Assembly: GCA_951406725.2 (NCBI GenBank)
Contig: OX597818.1
Coordinates: forward strand, 118,978,001 to 119,042,000
Reading direction: 5' to 3'
Length of the DNA stretch: 64,000 nucleotides
Source: Octopus vulgaris
Taxonomy: Eukaryota
The position numbers and the translations under genes were made by a program. Shown here piece by piece: positions 13,466 through 27,567 of the stretch. The stretch's first letter is position 1; the number at the start of each line of letters is the position of its first letter. The notes under the pieces were generated by a model that had not been told where the DNA came from, did no database searches, and saw only the letters and a program-made list of their open reading frames with translations.

Positions 13466-13529
13466 GACTTTTTATTGATGTCCTGAAGAGACCCAGAACG
13501 GGTCGAAACGTGTTGTACCCAATAAAGTC
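13466..13529 (+). ncRNA. Hammerhead-ribozyme-like motif (type I, Penelope-like)
   Basis: CTGAAGA (13483-13489), stem II GACCC-AGAAC-GGGTC, GAAAC-GTGTT-GTA. Distal stem I GACTTT..ATTG / CAATAAAGTC pairs; proximal stem I is imperfect. Confidence 0.5.
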
Positions 13530-13680
13530 TATTACACATACTATCTCCTATTTTATTTATACTGTTACTCTAACCGCCACTACGAAGTTCTTGCAGTAAA
13601 TGTATGGATAAAAACAGGTAATCGAAACTGTGCTGGAGCTTTACTCATCATCTATTTATACATTTTTGTACAATTTCTCC

Positions 13681-13747
<67 letters not shown>

Positions 13748-14287
13748 ATGCATAATCCATTCAATAACAAATAAATATTGCACAGCCATCTTGAAATATT
13801 TACCTTTTATCTAAATTTATGCACTGAAAGGGAGCAAATGAAATAACCGATGAATGTAGCAATATCAACATTAAATATTTGCAATTTACATTTTCTGGCT
13901 TGAACAGAACTTGCTGCGTGTCTTCCTTCATTTGCTAAATTAATCTGTCGCTCTATCCAATTAGTTAATTAGAAGTTTTGACAACATATTCATTGCTAAA
14001 AGGAACGGCTTCGAATATATTTCACCCAAATATTTCTCATGTTGCTTTATCTTACAACTTTACTCAGCTTGAATGAAATATTTCGGAAAATAACATTTTT
14101 CCATCATTCTCAATTTCTGTTCGCAAAGGAAAAATGTAGGTGTCCATGAATTTCTTACCAGATAAGGAGAAACGATGTCACCCCACTATGGGTAAAGCAC
14201 ATATTCACATACATACTGCATACGTACATATGTGTATGTGGTGTGTGTATATGTCTGTGTGTAAATCCAAATTTTACACACGTCGAT

Positions 14288-14693
14288 CTGGCAGAAACGT
14301 TAGCGAGCCGGTCGAAATGCTTAGCGCTATTTCGTCTGCGGTTACGTTCTGACTTCAAATTCCGCTGAGGTCGACTTTGCCTTTCATCCTTTCGGGGTCG
14401 ATTAAATAAGTACCAGTTGCGCACTGGGGTCGATATAATCGACCTAATCCGTTTGTCTGTCCTTGTTTGTCCTCTCTGTGCTTAACCCCTTGTGGGTAGT
14501 AAAGAAATAGGTATTTCGTCTGCCGTTACGTTCTGAGTTCAAATTCCGCCGAGGTCGACTTTGCCTTTCATCCTTTCGGGATCGATTAAATAAGTACCAG
14601 TTACGCACTGGGATAGATATAATCTACTTAATCCGTTTGTCTGTCCTTGTTTGTCCCCACTGTGTTTAGCCCCTTGTGGGCAGTAAAGAAATA
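14288..14693 (+). mobile_element. SINE family B with tandem duplication of its 3' ~180 bp
   Basis: TATTTCGTCTG...GTAAAGAAATA occurs twice head-to-tail (~14329-14510 and ~14511-14693). Confidence 0.8.
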
Positions 14694-16034
14694 AGTTCAC
14701 CTACTTTACTAAATGCTAAAAATATTTGTCGACATTCGACTGTTATTGGGTTCACATCAAAAATGTATACATGGGTTTACCCATCCGTTTATATAAACAT
14801 CATGTCTCTATAAGCATTTATATGGAACTGAAGGTATAAAATTTTCCCACTACAATTGTTTATATCAAGATGAATTTTACGATTTAATCATAAGCAAAAG
14901 ATGTGGTGTTGCTATTTCAGGCATAGAGAAATAAACAGAATGTTGATATACATTTTATCTGCAAATGAGCTTTATGAAGTAGTTGCGAATACCTGACAAT
15001 CGGGTTGGTAATCTAGTTCTATACCATTTACCTTTGCTTCAGTGTGAAACAAAGGTATTAACGTTATGAAATATGACAAAGGTAAGCCCTTTGAAATCCT
15101 ATGCCGTCATAGAGTGGGAAAATTCTACAATTTTCGTGAGGATTAGATTATTAATCTGCTAGCTTGTTGGGAATGCAAACAACACTGATATTGTTGACAT
15201 TAATTTCTTATTTAACAGCCCTTCATCTAACGCTTTTCAAGCACACATATGCTGCTACCAAACGTGATCAACGCTTCCATAACTGCGGATATATCAGAGA
15301 TGGATATTGAGTACCATACATCACATTATTATATGAAATGAATGCCTACAGGTAGCCAATTCTTGCAGTCTAGTGATGTGCAGTCTATACACGCCAGTGT
15401 GTCTCTATGTCAATAAATACTACGTTGTCAGTAACACCGGAAATGTAGAAGAATTAATTCGAAACATGACAGCCGTGTCTACTCTCAACTTATTCGTGTG
15501 CAAACTTTCGATACCTTGTTACGGGCAAAGTATGTTACTCATGTTGTTGCTATATTGTTACTATATACGTTTTTGTTATACTTTGGTGTTTCTGGTTTTG
15601 ACTTCACCTGCTAAAGGGCAAAATGCGCTGATTGTTTAGCAAAATGTCTGGCCTTGATTTGGAAAACCCCTAATCAAAATTATCCAATCCTTATGTGCAC
15701 TATTTTCAAAGGGGTAATTTATGACTTCTGATATTTATGATAGTGATATCAAGTTCACATGACCGCGTATACGCACCTACAGATATAATATTTGTCATGT
15801 TTTAGAATCTTTTAGCTTTGTATTTGTTTGAAAAGATACAAAATATAGATTAATCACAAGCTAATTTCGTTATTACCACCTACGTAATTGTCCGTAGCTC
15901 GTCAGTGTGAACGTCTTCGCAAATATAATTTGCAAAACTATACACGAGACTTTCGCATGATATTGAACATGCATAGAGTTCTATCAATTACACTTGGGGT
16001 TATCTTTCAAAAGTCTTCGTTTTGGCGAGCTAAA

Positions 16035-16068
<34 letters not shown>

Positions 16069-16130
16069 CATAGATACATACATATATACATAAATACATA
16101 CATACATACATGTGTATATATATAATATAT

Positions 16131-16176
<46 letters not shown>

Positions 16177-16210
16177 TATAATATATATATATAATATATA
16201 TATATAATAT

Positions 16211-16336
<126 letters not shown>

Positions 16337-16344
16337 TATATATA

Positions 16345-16392
<48 letters not shown>

Positions 16393-17174
16393 TATGTATA
16401 TATATGTATATAATGCTCATGACCACGTCGAGTATAAACAATTAATCCAAAGTAGCCGTTCAGATTTTATGACCTTGACCGGCAAAATCAGAACGTTCGA
16501 CATTTTATGTATTTGCTCAGACGCGCGCCCGCCCGCACACACACACACACACATTTACACACACACATGCACACACGCACACACATGTATATAGACACTC
16601 TCGCTGTCTCTTAGTGTCTCACTCACTCTTTCTCTATCTACCTATCTCTGTGAAAGCTGGCGCCATACATACATAATGCAGTGAACATTGTATGTGCAAG
16701 TAATTCCTTTAGTATTTTAAGACTATTTAAACCATGCTAGACTATCTGTGCTAAAAATACTTGATCATTTACAGATGCAAAGAGTCAATATTTGCTAAAA
16801 ATGAGTAAAGAAAAAATATCTTTAAAACTACTTGAAATCTGATATTTCATGGACGGAAATAATATCGATTGTACCAAACAGAATGATATTACATTTCAAC
16901 AAACCCAAAATTATTTCACTAATTCCACCCCCACAAAAAGAATATATATATATATATACCGATTTTCTCTCAGCTATAGTATGCATTTAAAGAATTCTAC
17001 ACAAAATGTTCATACTTATTCCCAGAAATAGATTCCGGAGAGTGTATGGGAAAAATGAGAGAATTACATCTATAAATAACTTTTTGTGCATACAAAATGT
17101 TAACTATAATTATATATACTGTATGAATATTTTAAGGGATGCATAAAGCATTTACTGTTAAGATCATATATATC

Positions 17175-17257
<83 letters not shown>

Positions 17258-17742
17258 ATGTGTGTGTGTGTGTATGTGTGTATTGCGCCAAACTTTGCTT
17301 GAAACGTATAATTAGTATGTATAGAAAGTTGCATGAAATAACTGAATTTAAATAACGAACGGATAAATTTTTTAAAGCAAGACCTTCGAAAAGATTTACA
17401 CATACAGGTATGGATATGGAGAATGTGTAAAGTGTTTGTGTATCTTGGGGAAAATTAAATACCGTCACGTATAAATCTGTTAACATAAATCACTCTCAGT
17501 TATCCTATCAATTTTTAACATTCGCCGGTGAACATCAAATTCATTGTGATGCATATATACATGTCTGACCTCGATGGGCAGGAATACATATTTTAAGAGA
17601 CACATTTTCAGCATTTTCACAGATAAAATCTTAAGGACGAGAATGTTTGTAATTTCATGTTTAAATGAATAGCGTTACTTGCGTTTGTGTCTTTGTGTAT
17701 ATCTATCTATCTATCTATCTAAATATATATATATACACAAAC

Positions 17743-18146
17743 TTTAGAGGACTGACCACTAAAAGTGGACAGCCAGTATGCTAGATATAGACGTCAAAAT
17801 CGCCATTTTCCACGAAGAATGTGTTCTCAAGAAAAAAATCAGCAAAAAAACAAATTATAAAAATAAGCAAGACAAATGAAAATATACGAAATAAAAAAAA
17901 CATTGTCTATGTACTAAATAGTTTCAGTCGTTAATATTTACGTATATGGATACGGAAACATCTGCAGGATCATCAGCATAGATAATCGTTTTTTATTTCG
18001 TATATTTTCATTTGTCTCGCTTATTTTATACTTAGTTTTTTTTTTGTTGAATTTTTTCTTGAGAACACATTCTTCGAGGAAAATGGCGATTTTGACGTCT
18101 ATATCTAGCATACTGGCTGTCCACTTTTAGTGGTCAGTCCTCTAAA
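17743..18146. repeat. Long inverted repeat (arms 17743-17911 and 17977-18146) enclosing a hammerhead-like core on the - strand
   Basis: TTTAGAGGACTGACCACTAAAAGTGGACAGCCAGTATGCTAGATATAGACGTC... is mirrored by ...GACGTCTATATCTAGCATACTGGCTGTCCACTTTTAGTGGTCAGTCCTCTAAA. Confidence 0.92.
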
Positions 18147-18471
18147 TTTTGCATGTAAAATAATTTTAATCTTAAGAAGTAATCAATAATTTCACCAAGT
18201 AGAATTCGGTATGAAAAAAGGACCATTTCACGGTAAACTTAAGTAATACTTAATAAAAAGGGTTCAGCAAAGATTTGCTTTACCACATACCGAAGTTTAG
18301 AAATAGCAGCCAAAAATCTTAGCTATTTCTTCTACTTTAAAAATGAACTCCTAGAGAAACCAAAATACTTGAAAATAATTCACACAGGCAGAGAGTAAAG
18401 CAACGAAAATCAATCAATATCTGGTCATCCATGGACGCGCGTTTCAGGACTTATTCTTTGTAAGCCTAGTA

Positions 18472-18529
<58 letters not shown>

Positions 18530-18661
18530 AACACCTTTTCTCAATCCAACAATGAAATAATTAAATTATACCATATAGAAAAAATTAAATATAAGATAAA
18601 AACATATACCAATAATTAAGTACTGTACAAAATAATAAATAAAAAGTATATATTTTATTTT

Positions 18662-19059
18662 TTACTTGTTTCAGTCATTTGACTGTTGCCATGCTGGAGC
18701 ACCGCCTTTAGTCGAGAAACTCAACCGTAGGACTTATTCTTTGTAAGCCTAGTACTTATTCTATCGGTCTTTTTTGCCGAACCGCTAACATACGGGGACG
18801 TTAACACACCAGCATCGTTTGTCAAGCGATATTGTGGGGACAAACACAGACACACAAACATATGCACACACATACATATGTATATATACATATATACGAC
18901 GGGCTTCTTTCAGTTTCCGTCTACCAAATCCACCCATAAAGCTTTGGTCGGCCTGAGGCTATAGTAGAAGACACTTGCCCAAGGTGTCACGCAGTGGGAC
19001 TGAATCAGGAACCATGTGGTTGATAAGCAAGCTACTTACCACATACCCACTCCTGGGCC
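18662..19059 (-). mobile_element. SINE family A
   Basis: Reverse complement of the 48305-type consensus, including tail TTTACTTGTTTCAGTCATTTGACTG..GCCATGCTGGAGCACCGCC. Confidence 0.85.
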
Positions 19060-19168
19060 TATATATATTTTTATTATTTTTATAATTTGTATATATTTAT
19101 TTTATTATAAATGCAAGACAATACCACGAGGGAATCAACGTAAGCTTAAATAACAAACTGCTGATAAG

Positions 19169-19224
19169 TGAACCGCGATAGGTGAACCGCGATAGCTGAA
19201 CCGCGATATTGCGATGGATTACTG
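19169..19224. mobile_element. Orphan end of a pogo/Tigger-like DNA transposon with three subterminal repeats
   Basis: TGAACCGCGATA x3 followed by TTGCGATGGATTACTG (reverse complement starts CAGTAATCC, Tigger-like TIR). Confidence 0.5.
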
Positions 19225-20337
19225 CATACAATATCTGATGAAGCTTTAACAATGGTTACGGAATGCAAATAAGTGCTTTGTGTACTGAAGCGCGATAACT
19301 GGTTCAGAATTGGAAGAGAAAATGAAGTGTTCGTATAATATTGTTCTAATTTATAGATAGATTTACATATAATATTAGCTTATATATATATATATGACCT
19401 CAACTAATACTTTTATCCTGAATAAAATCAACCCACTTATCTGGCACTTATATTCTTGTATATATAACTGTAAAATTTTTTATTCAACATGAGACAATAA
19501 ATTCTAGTCGAACTAAAAATTAGATTATGCTATAGATTCATAAATCGAGATGAGGAATGGCTTAAATCTCGTAGTATCTACACCGATAACACTTCAAATT
19601 ACCCGTGTCTGAGATCATGAATCTTGTTAAGGGATCCAAATTCAAAATTCAGTTACATGAAATAATAATGTGTCTGGATAGATGCAATTCAGGTTAGACA
19701 ATTAAAGTAGGATAATATTAATCATACGCTTTTCCTCAGCTGCAACTTATCTAGAAGAAAGTGATTAATATCAAATGAAAGTAAACGATTTCAGTATTAG
19801 CTTATGAAGCATAAATCTGAACTTAACAATATAGATTTTATCCATTAACTGCCAGATGAATTAAACAATTTTGACATTCAAGTTGAAATTACGAATCAAG
19901 CCATTAACCTCTATTCACTTGGCGTTCTGAAAGAGACGAATAACTATTTAAACATCGTTAGGAACATCATCTAAATTGACGGTTGGAAATGTTTATTTGC
20001 ATTTCTGAAGATAATACTTAATGCTATTTGCTGCCAATCAACTGATAGATCTGACGTCGGTCAAGAACCCGTTGGTTTAGAGTTGAAGATAGTTTACTGC
20101 TTATGAAATATACAGTAAAGTGGTTTACAAAACGTACAACATCAACAGTGTGTAATTTGTACTGACGTGCGTGTGAATACATTCTCAGTATCAAAATATT
20201 TATTTTAAAAATTATAGAACGCACTGCGAAAGTTACATTGGTGAGCTCCATGTTTTGGAAATAAAACTCTATAAGTATTAGTAATCGGACGTAAAATAAG
20301 TTGGAATAAAATGCGCTCACATATCACTAAGATTTAA

Positions 20338-20452
20338 GGCGGCGAGTTGACAGAAACGTTGGCACACCGGGAGAAATGCTTAGCGGTATTTCGTCTGCCG
20401 TTATGTTCTGAGTTCAAATTCCGCCGAGATCGACTTTGCCTTTCATCCTTTC
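20338..20452 (+). mobile_element. SINE family B, 5' part
   Basis: GGCGGCGAGTTGACAGAAACGTTGGCAC...CTTTGCCTTTCATCCTTTC. Confidence 0.75.
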
Positions 20453-22199
20453 ACCCATGTTTACAACATGAAATGCCGCTAAGCATTTTGTCCGGTGTAC
20501 TACCGATTCTGTTAGCTCACCGCCTTAATTCCGTTTTAAGTATTAAAAGTCACATTTAAAAAGCGCGTTTCCAGTATTTTGTCCAACGCCTGTAGGTAAC
20601 AGAAATGAACGATAAAAAATGATAACGATAAAACCCTGCAGGCCTAGAGACCTATATTTTGATGACAATGTACACATCGCATACTCCGGTCTGTTTGTAC
20701 ATCTGAAAAATAATAAAATCTGGACGAAGGAGCAGAAGTGATTTCAATAACGCATCTGATGAATTAGTCAAGTAAACAGAGGGAAAGGCATAGATTGATC
20801 ATTGAAAAAAGCTTGAAACACACAACTATATAAATAATTAGATCTAATGCTAACATGATATATCTACCACGCCATTGCCAGACGTAAAGCAATCAAAGGC
20901 AAAGCAAAATGAACAAGTTTTATACAAGTCTCATGCATATGAGAAGTCTTTTAGTTTCAATTTAGCTTTAGTCCCATGAATATATTAATTAAATGTAACA
21001 ACTCGTTATCATGAATCAAATCGTTAAATTGTAAAAATGTCACTGAATTAGAGAAGCTGCTGAAAGCTATCCATGAGCCTGAAACTAAAATTAGGGTTTT
21101 AGAACACGGTACATATATGAATATTTAAAATTAGAAGAAACTGATAGAATAAGTGCAAGGCTTAAAAATATAGACACCGGTGCTGATTCATTCTGCTAAA
21201 AGACTACATGGCCTCAGTCGTATACTGAAGAGAGTAAATGATATAAGGAGATAAAATATATCCCCGTTTCACACAGAAATGAAGAGGATAGAAAAACAGG
21301 AAATATTACGAAGAAAAATTGTAGTTAAATACACTTGAAAGCAAGATGAGGATAATTGTAACATGTTAAGGAAAACGAAGAAAACGAAATATTTTTTGTT
21401 GTAAAGAATATACAAAAAATAAGTAATTGTACTCGGGGAAAACCTGTATTTAAAGACATTTCATAGAGAGGTAAATTACATGAAGAATAATTCCATCCAA
21501 ATGGAAGGCTGAAGTATGTTACAGAAAAGAATGTAGAGAAAACCATTTCAAATTTAGAGCTGTTATAGATCATCATAGCAGAAGTTTTGTAAAAAATCTG
21601 CTGATGGTACATACTTAACCTACTACTTAGACTTAAGAGCAACGTGCTAGCTGTATGATGATCATTGCAGTGTATATAGCCTGAGATTAGAAAGACTGAG
21701 AGTTCAAGAATGCTGAGATAGTTGCACACACTGCATTTGTTATAAGGAACGCTTTTCATTAAAGATATGTGTGCAAGTGTATGTGTGTATACATCTGTGT
21801 AAATATTTATCCGGTACCTCTATTATCAAAATTTATATTACTGTTCTTAAACCAGTTCTTTTCAGCAATTTTTGGTTTGCCAGCTAACATATTCATTTGA
21901 TTTGCAAGTTATTGAAATATTGACTGTTTTTTGTTTACATATCGTTCTCTAGGTCATTCCGCAATTCCTGTTAAATTGTCATATACTTTATTTTTCTACC
22001 TACCTCGTTCTTTTCTCCTTTTCTATATAGTTTTTTTCAACACAACTATTTTCTATTTTCCTTTTACCGTATAGTTTCCGACATACATAAAAAATATGCT
22101 GGCTTCATGTTTTTTTTTTTTAAATATAAAACTAAATATTCTTTAACTTAGGGATTCAGTTGTTATCCTTACTCTACATAGGGGTGGCAGTGCGATTTT

Positions 22200-22670
22200 A
22201 CGATTTTGTCATGGACAGGATCAAAGAGCCAATGTGATATTTTGCGTTTAACTTGGAAAGACCGCTCCAGACACATTGACCGTGCTTCGGCAAGCTAACA
22301 GCGAAGAGGCAATGGGTATTGCGTAATGCTTTAAGTGTTACGGGCGCTTCAAAAGTGGAGGATGATGAGCGATCTGGAAAACCTGCCACGGGCGTCATTC
22401 CCGGAAACGTTGTATTGTGTCTCGAGAATAAGTCCGAAGGGTCAGACCGACGTACTGCTGCTACGTTTTGAAGTTTTCGAGGGAGGAAGTTCGGCGAAAG
22501 CGACTGGAACGTGCAGCGCGAAGAATTAGACTTGTCACTGTAATTTCCTCACTTGTGAGTTTCTTGGCAAAAAGAACATGGTATCGCTTCCGAACACGCT
22601 CTCTTTGTTAGATTTAGCACCAGCGGATTTCTGTCTCTTCCCCAAGAGGAAAATGCAGCTCAACGTTCAC
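22200..22670 (+). pseudogene. Decayed mariner (DD34D-type) transposase remnant
   Basis: Broken N-terminal HTH peptides (TLTVLRQANSEEAMG, RFKSG, EDDERSG) and C-terminal LDLAPADFCLFPKRKMQL, resembling the YSPDLAPxDFxLFPKLK motif. Stops, frameshifts and an internal deletion. Confidence 0.7.
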
Positions 22671-22807
22671 CGAACTGTCCGACGAACGGCGACGTGAAAC
22701 TCAGAGTAACAGGTTTTGTTAAATTTTCTGCTGCTTTAAATAAAGCATATTACTCTACCACTGGAATTTGAGTACTCTTTTTTCCACCTTGTTTATGTGT
22801 TTACTCC

Positions 22808-22960
<153 letters not shown>

Positions 22961-24879
22961 TATATACATACATATATGTACATACTTACATATACATGTA
23001 TATAAATATGCATATATGGGCACAGTACGTCACAGAACGTTACCAATATGAAATACGAAATACGAAAACATGGAATACGAGCTTTCTGTTGCGAGCAACG
23101 AAAGAAACAAATGAAAAACAAGACGAGCAACATAGAGAACGGCTCTTCATCAGTTGTCGGCTATTTTGCTACTCCGTAGGTATGCATGTATATATGCATG
23201 TCCGTGTGCGCCTTTGTGTCTGTGTATGAGAATCGGTGTTGGTACATTTGCGTCTCCGTAACACAGCGGTTCGGCAAATAAGTTGATAAAATAAATACCA
23301 AGCTTAGGAATAATTAATCGAGTACTGAAGTCGATTCCTAGAACGAATATATTGCTCAAGGCGGTGCCCCAGCATGACCACACCCTAATAACTAAAACAA
23401 GAAAAATATAAAATATATTGACTCTATGACACTGAGTTGGCAGAATCGTTAAGCACGCCAGACGAAAATGCTTAGAAGTATTTCGTCCGTCTTCACATTT
23501 TGAATTCAAATGCCACCGAGATCAACTTTATTCTTTCTATTATTCTTTATTTTTTATTTCTATCATTCTTTATTCTTTCTATAACTTTCATTTTTTGTCG
23601 ATCCATAAAATGGACACCATTGCTGCCACTGTGTCAATGTAGGCGACTTATTCCCTCTGCCGAACTTGGTAGCCGTGTGCCAAATTTTGAACCCAATATT
23701 AAATATATGATGTACTTTATACAATACGTATTTTATATATTATGTATCTTATACAATATGTATTTAATATAATACATATATATAATAAAAATATATCTTT
23801 TAAGATTATTTCGTTTTTCAATTTGGTTTGCAAGATTCTTTATGTGAATTCGTGTGTTGAAGCACATTTTGTTGTGCCTGCAGAGAGTCATTATTTAGCA
23901 CACTCACCGGTTAAGTTTCCACTTATTTACTAATTTATTTTTCCTAAATATACAAGTAAATGAGTGGAAGCTTTACCGGTGAGTGTGTTAAATAAAAAGG
24001 CACTAAAAGTGAATGACTCTTTCAAGATTGTAACATCGGACAGTTTTTAGAGGAGGAAAAGTATAAAATTCTTGTTCCATAATTTTCTTTTCTAAGTTTT
24101 TAATTCTCTCACGTCGAAGTTGTTTATAACTTTGTTGGATAGTGTATTTATACCTATTATTCCAACACTACTTTATTAATTTCAGTTTTAATACTGTCTA
24201 TCATTTCTGTGATCGTTCTTAAGTAAATATATACGTGATTCTTTTCTAACAGTCTGATTTAAATATCGGGAGACAGAAACACATTTGAAAGTTTTCCGTC
24301 TACGTGAGAATATATTTACCTCACTAATATATTACTAATGGTTGTTAAATTCAAGTAATTTGTTACTGAGGCCAAAGCCGAGTTGATGAATACAGGTGAA
24401 CTATCACATTGATACATTCTTCTGTATATCAACATAGGACTGATTTTAAATACCATGTCTTTGCTCTGCGGAAATATAAATGTTTTACGTTTTGCACATC
24501 GAGTCTCAGATGTAAGTTATCATGAAAGATGAACTGTGGCGGGAAAGAAAATATTAGCAAAAATTAGAAACGAAATGTTTAATAATAACTTCACGGAATC
24601 CATACATAGCTACAAAAACATATATGAATTCATAGAACTAAGTTTGAAGCGCAGACTACACAGTTATGAAGGCATCGACTAAAAATCCACCACATAGCTT
24701 GGTATCTTTTATGGGTACATTCAGAATAAAGAGGAACGACTTGCACATGCACACACACACACGCAAACACACATACACGTACAAACACACAAGCACACAC
24801 ACCATATATATATACATATATGCATGTATGTATGTATTTACATATGTATGTGCGTGTGTATGTGTATAAGACCACTCTG

Positions 24880-25030
24880 TGGGTGGTTGGTGTTGTGAAG
24901 AGCATCCAGCCGTAAAGATCATGGCAAAAAAAGTCACTGAAATTTGGTGCAGTTTTCTGCCTACGTCCTGTCAAACCGTTTAACCCGTGCCAGCATGGAA
25001 AGCGGACAGTAAATGATGATGCTGATGATA
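24880..25030 (+). mobile_element. SINE/LINE 3' fragment ending in (GAT)n
   Basis: TGGGTGGTTGG..GAAGAGCATCCAGCCGTA...GCCAGCATGGAAAGCGGAC..AAATGATGATGCTGATGAT. Confidence 0.5.
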
Positions 25031-25550
25031 TATAAGACGGGCCTTTTTCACTTTCCACCTACAATATTCACTGTGAAATTTGTGTTCGGCAGGAGACTAT
25101 AGCAGAATGCATTCTCCCAATGTACCACTCAGTCGTACTGTACCCGGAGCCATGTGTTTGGAAGGCAATTCCCTTACCACACCCCCACTGCAACGCCTGT
25201 ATGTGTTTAGTGTTTCAACATCTTATGTTTTTAAACTGGTCGAAGTTATCAAAGTGCCACCCAAATAGAGCACCGCGTCTCTTTACAACTACTTCGTTAT
25301 AAGTATATGCTAATTTAGCCAATATAAGGAAACGATATTGTCATTATGAGATCGTTATTAGTATCAATCTAACATCATCATCATCATCATCAACAACTTT
25401 ATATTTATTATATTAATATAATCATTATTACTTTAATATAATCAACGAATACAGTATGCTATTTCATACAATTCTCTTAGCATGTGTGTGTGAGAGCGCG
25501 CGTGCCAGTGTGAATCTGTATTCGAGTGTATGTATGTATAACAATATATG

Positions 25551-25635
<85 letters not shown>

Positions 25636-25735
25636 CAGACAGACAAATATATGCATGTAAATACATTTATATATATATATGTGTGTGTGTGAGTATACAT
25701 ATATTATATATATATATGTATATATACATATATAC

Positions 25736-25792
<57 letters not shown>

Positions 25793-25793
25793 C

Positions 25794-25882
<89 letters not shown>

Positions 25883-25976
25883 CAGAAAAAGAGAGAGCGA
25901 AAGAAATAGATAGATAGATAGATAGATAGATAGATGTTTTTACATACATGTATATATGTGTATGTATATACGTGTA

Positions 25977-26024
<48 letters not shown>

Positions 26025-26452
26025 TATGTGTGTGGGTGTGTGTGTGTAAGTATGTATTTATATTTGAGAGAATGTACCTGCGTGTTATATTATGCATATA
26101 GGTATAAGCGAAAAAAAAAGAGAATCTAAATTTTAATAGAATCATAGCAACACAGACCTCAGTAATAATGGCTTTCGATGGGTATTCAGAGGTGATTAGC
26201 TTTATTTTCATGAGCAGAAAAATATAATACGCTGGAGGGTCAATTAATATCATGCTTTCTCTATATTATTAAATGCGAAATATAAAGTAATACAATAAAT
26301 ACATGGAAAATTTTCAGAAAAACTTTCCTGAAAGATGCTTTTTTTTTATTTCTAAAAAAAAAATATGTAGGCGTGGTAATCCTAATGATAACGTTCTAAC
26401 TTCATTTTATTATTTTTACTTTTCATTTGCAACAATTAAATAAAACAGCGCC

Positions 26453-26496
<44 letters not shown>

Positions 26497-26615
26497 ATAG
26501 ATAGATAGATAGATATAGATATACGCAAAAAGACACATATACATATATATTACATATGTGTATATATCTATTTATACACAAATATATATATATACATACA
26601 TATATATGTGTATTA

Positions 26616-26663
<48 letters not shown>

Positions 26664-26795
26664 GGTATATATACTGTATATATATATATATATACATACA
26701 TGTATATATATATATATATACATGTATATATATATACATGTATATATATACATGTATATATATATAAATATATATATATACATGTATATATATAC

Positions 26796-26830
<35 letters not shown>

Positions 26831-26988
26831 CATACATACATACATGTATATATATACATATATACATACATACATGTATATATATACATATATACATACA
26901 TACATGTATATATACATATATACATACATACATGTATATATATATATATACATATATACATACAAACATACATACATACATACATACA

Positions 26989-27024
<36 letters not shown>

Positions 27025-27463
27025 TATAGCGGCTTTATGCTTGAAACAAATATACTTAATTTAATTAAGCCTAATTTGAATGTTATTCTGTAGCTGCTCG
27101 TTTGTTTGGATTTTCTCGAATATTATTTTGTTTAGCAGCGCCAAAGTGCTACATTTGTATGCTATTTGAATAGTGTGTTTGTTTGTTTTTAGCAAAATTT
27201 TGAGGAGAGTGAACTGCAATGTTTTTTTTTTCTGCGCCTGAAATAGGTTCCCCTCCAAAAGGCCAATTAGAAATATTCAGTATGTTACCCAAATGAAATT
27301 AGCAAGAATATATATTTCCTTTTGGGAAAAATGAATATTGGAATAAATATGTGGATATGTTTTTGCTGTGGATATTCGTTAAATTTAAGAATTTCGTTAA
27401 ATCTTATGATACACATGCATACACTCACACACACACACACTAACGCACGCAAATATACACATT

Positions 27464-27496
<33 letters not shown>

Positions 27497-27521
27497 GTGT
27501 ATGTCTGTGTCTGTGTGCTTG

Positions 27522-27567
<46 letters not shown>

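Noticed and set aside
19229-19312. CTGATGA-AGCTT...GAAGCGCGATAACTGGTTCAGA hammerhead-like trace
   Set aside because: GAAA box is disrupted and the stems are unconvincing; at most a decayed PLE remnant.
20950-21300. IDTGAD aspartic-protease-like motif at 21170 (possible Gypsy remnant)
   Set aside because: Single short motif amid stops; not enough to call without a profile search.
23030-23180. Minus-strand CTGATGAAGAGCC in a repeat next to (TA)n
   Set aside because: No matching stem II partner and GAAA downstream could be identified.
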